Of a stretch of DNA of 64,000 bases, positions 63,390-64,000 are shown piece by piece. Below the pieces are notes generated by a model. The model was not told where the DNA came from. It ran no database searches and saw only the letters and a program-made list of their open reading frames with translations. Position 1 is the first letter of the stretch; each line of letters starts with the position of its first letter. Source of the stretch: Clostridia bacterium (GTDB lineage: Bacteria; Bacillota; Clostridia; TANB77; CAG-508). The position numbers and the translations under genes are program-made. The stretch spans positions 39,595-103,594 of the forward strand of contig JAZUKI010000006.1 in NCBI GenBank assembly GCA_045643205.1, written 5' to 3'.

Positions 63390-64000
63390 TTAAGCAGTTC
63401 TTTTCCAGCAAAATACTGCTATATAAGGGACGATGTGTGTATGCGAATTCAATGTATGCGTATGTCCTTTACTTCCACCTACATATGAATTTTCTATAAG
63501 CCAGTTGTAAGTTGTATTGTTTGCATTCCAACTATATCCACCTTCCATCATGTCACCTGTTGCTGAACCACTACTCCAATTCCACTTTCCTGCATTTCTC
63601 ATTTTTAATAAATGGCTGTGGTTTGGTATCTGATCAATAGTTAATGTTGTACTTCCTGTATTTCCACTTGCTGCACCAGTTGATGTTCCAGTACCGTTTC
63701 CAGTTCCCGAACTATTTACGCATCCATATAAAAAGCCACCAGATAATCTTTCCCATGTTCCACCAAATAAGTTTTTAGGATCCGTTGAATTCATAGACAT
63801 ATAGATACTTCCTACTGGATAAATCATGTCAAAAATACTCTTCCCATTGACTTCTAGCGATTCACTTTTTGATGGAAAACAATTCACACCAACTGATAAT
63901 TTTTTTGTATCTACAAAGAAAATAAATTGACCTTTTGCAAGAACCGTATTATATGTAGTAGTACCAAATTTATCTGTTAACACAATTCTAAAATTCCAAC
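63390..64000 (-). CDS. Phage tail/baseplate protein, C-terminal part (5' end outside the window)
   Basis: Frame open to the window edge; YPVGSIYMS...FGGTWER...HSH...HTH...PYIAVFCWKRTA. Confidence 0.8.
   Translation of the reverse strand, partial: WNFRIVLTDKFGTTTYNTVLAKGQFIFFVDTKKLSVGVNCFPSKSESLEVNGKSIFDMIYPVGSIYMSMNSTDPKNLFGGTWERLSGGFLYGCVNSSGTGNGTGTSTGAASGNTGSTTLTIDQIPNHSHLLKMRNAGKWNWSSGSATGDMMEGGYSWNANNTTYNWLIENSYVGGSKGHTHTLNSHTHIVPYIAVFCWKRTA

Larger units (their letters stand above)
57030..64000 (-). mobile_element. End of a prophage (tail, lysis and integration modules); left boundary approximate, continues beyond the window
   Basis: Tail protein, holin, GH25 endolysin and two large serine recombinases abutting a truncated comEC. 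Confidence 0.9.

Noticed and set aside
244-63499. Many short antisense or overlapping ORFs in the track (e.g. 611..802, 26156..26899, 23770..24252, 53929..54396)
   Set aside because: Shadow frames of well-supported genes, with no recognisable motifs

Overview
AT-rich chromosome segment from a low-GC clostridial firmicute (taxonomy inferred from gene content), with most genes on the minus strand. From left to right: a partial membrane protein with an N/Q/F-rich repeat N-terminus; two paralogous large surface proteins (thioester-type domain plus DUF11-like repeats); tRNA-Gly and tRNA-Cys; the ctsR-mcsA-mcsB-clpC operon; hpf; rpsT; a T-box-controlled aspS-gatC-(kinase)-gatA-gatB operon; rnhB-pdp-nrdD-like-yvyF; htrA; rpoBC; sortase; rsmA; a PBP; ftsH; tilS; dnaB; rplI; gdpP; a ClpE-like ATPase; mltG; and the 3' half of comEC, cut by one end of a prophage (tail, holin, endolysin, two moron-like ORFs, two tandem large serine recombinases). 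The main observations are full-length proteins that have lost their reactive residues: (i) an adhesin paralogue lacking the thioester Cys/Gln and the putative isopeptide Lys in every repeat, (ii) an NrdD lacking the radical Cys and the glycyl-radical domain but keeping its ATP cone, (iii) an McsB with a degenerate kinase site. Also notable are a tRNA-Gly with an A19:U56 elbow pair and a prophage inserted at the ComEC domain boundary. All motif comparisons are by eye against remembered family consensus; no searches were run.
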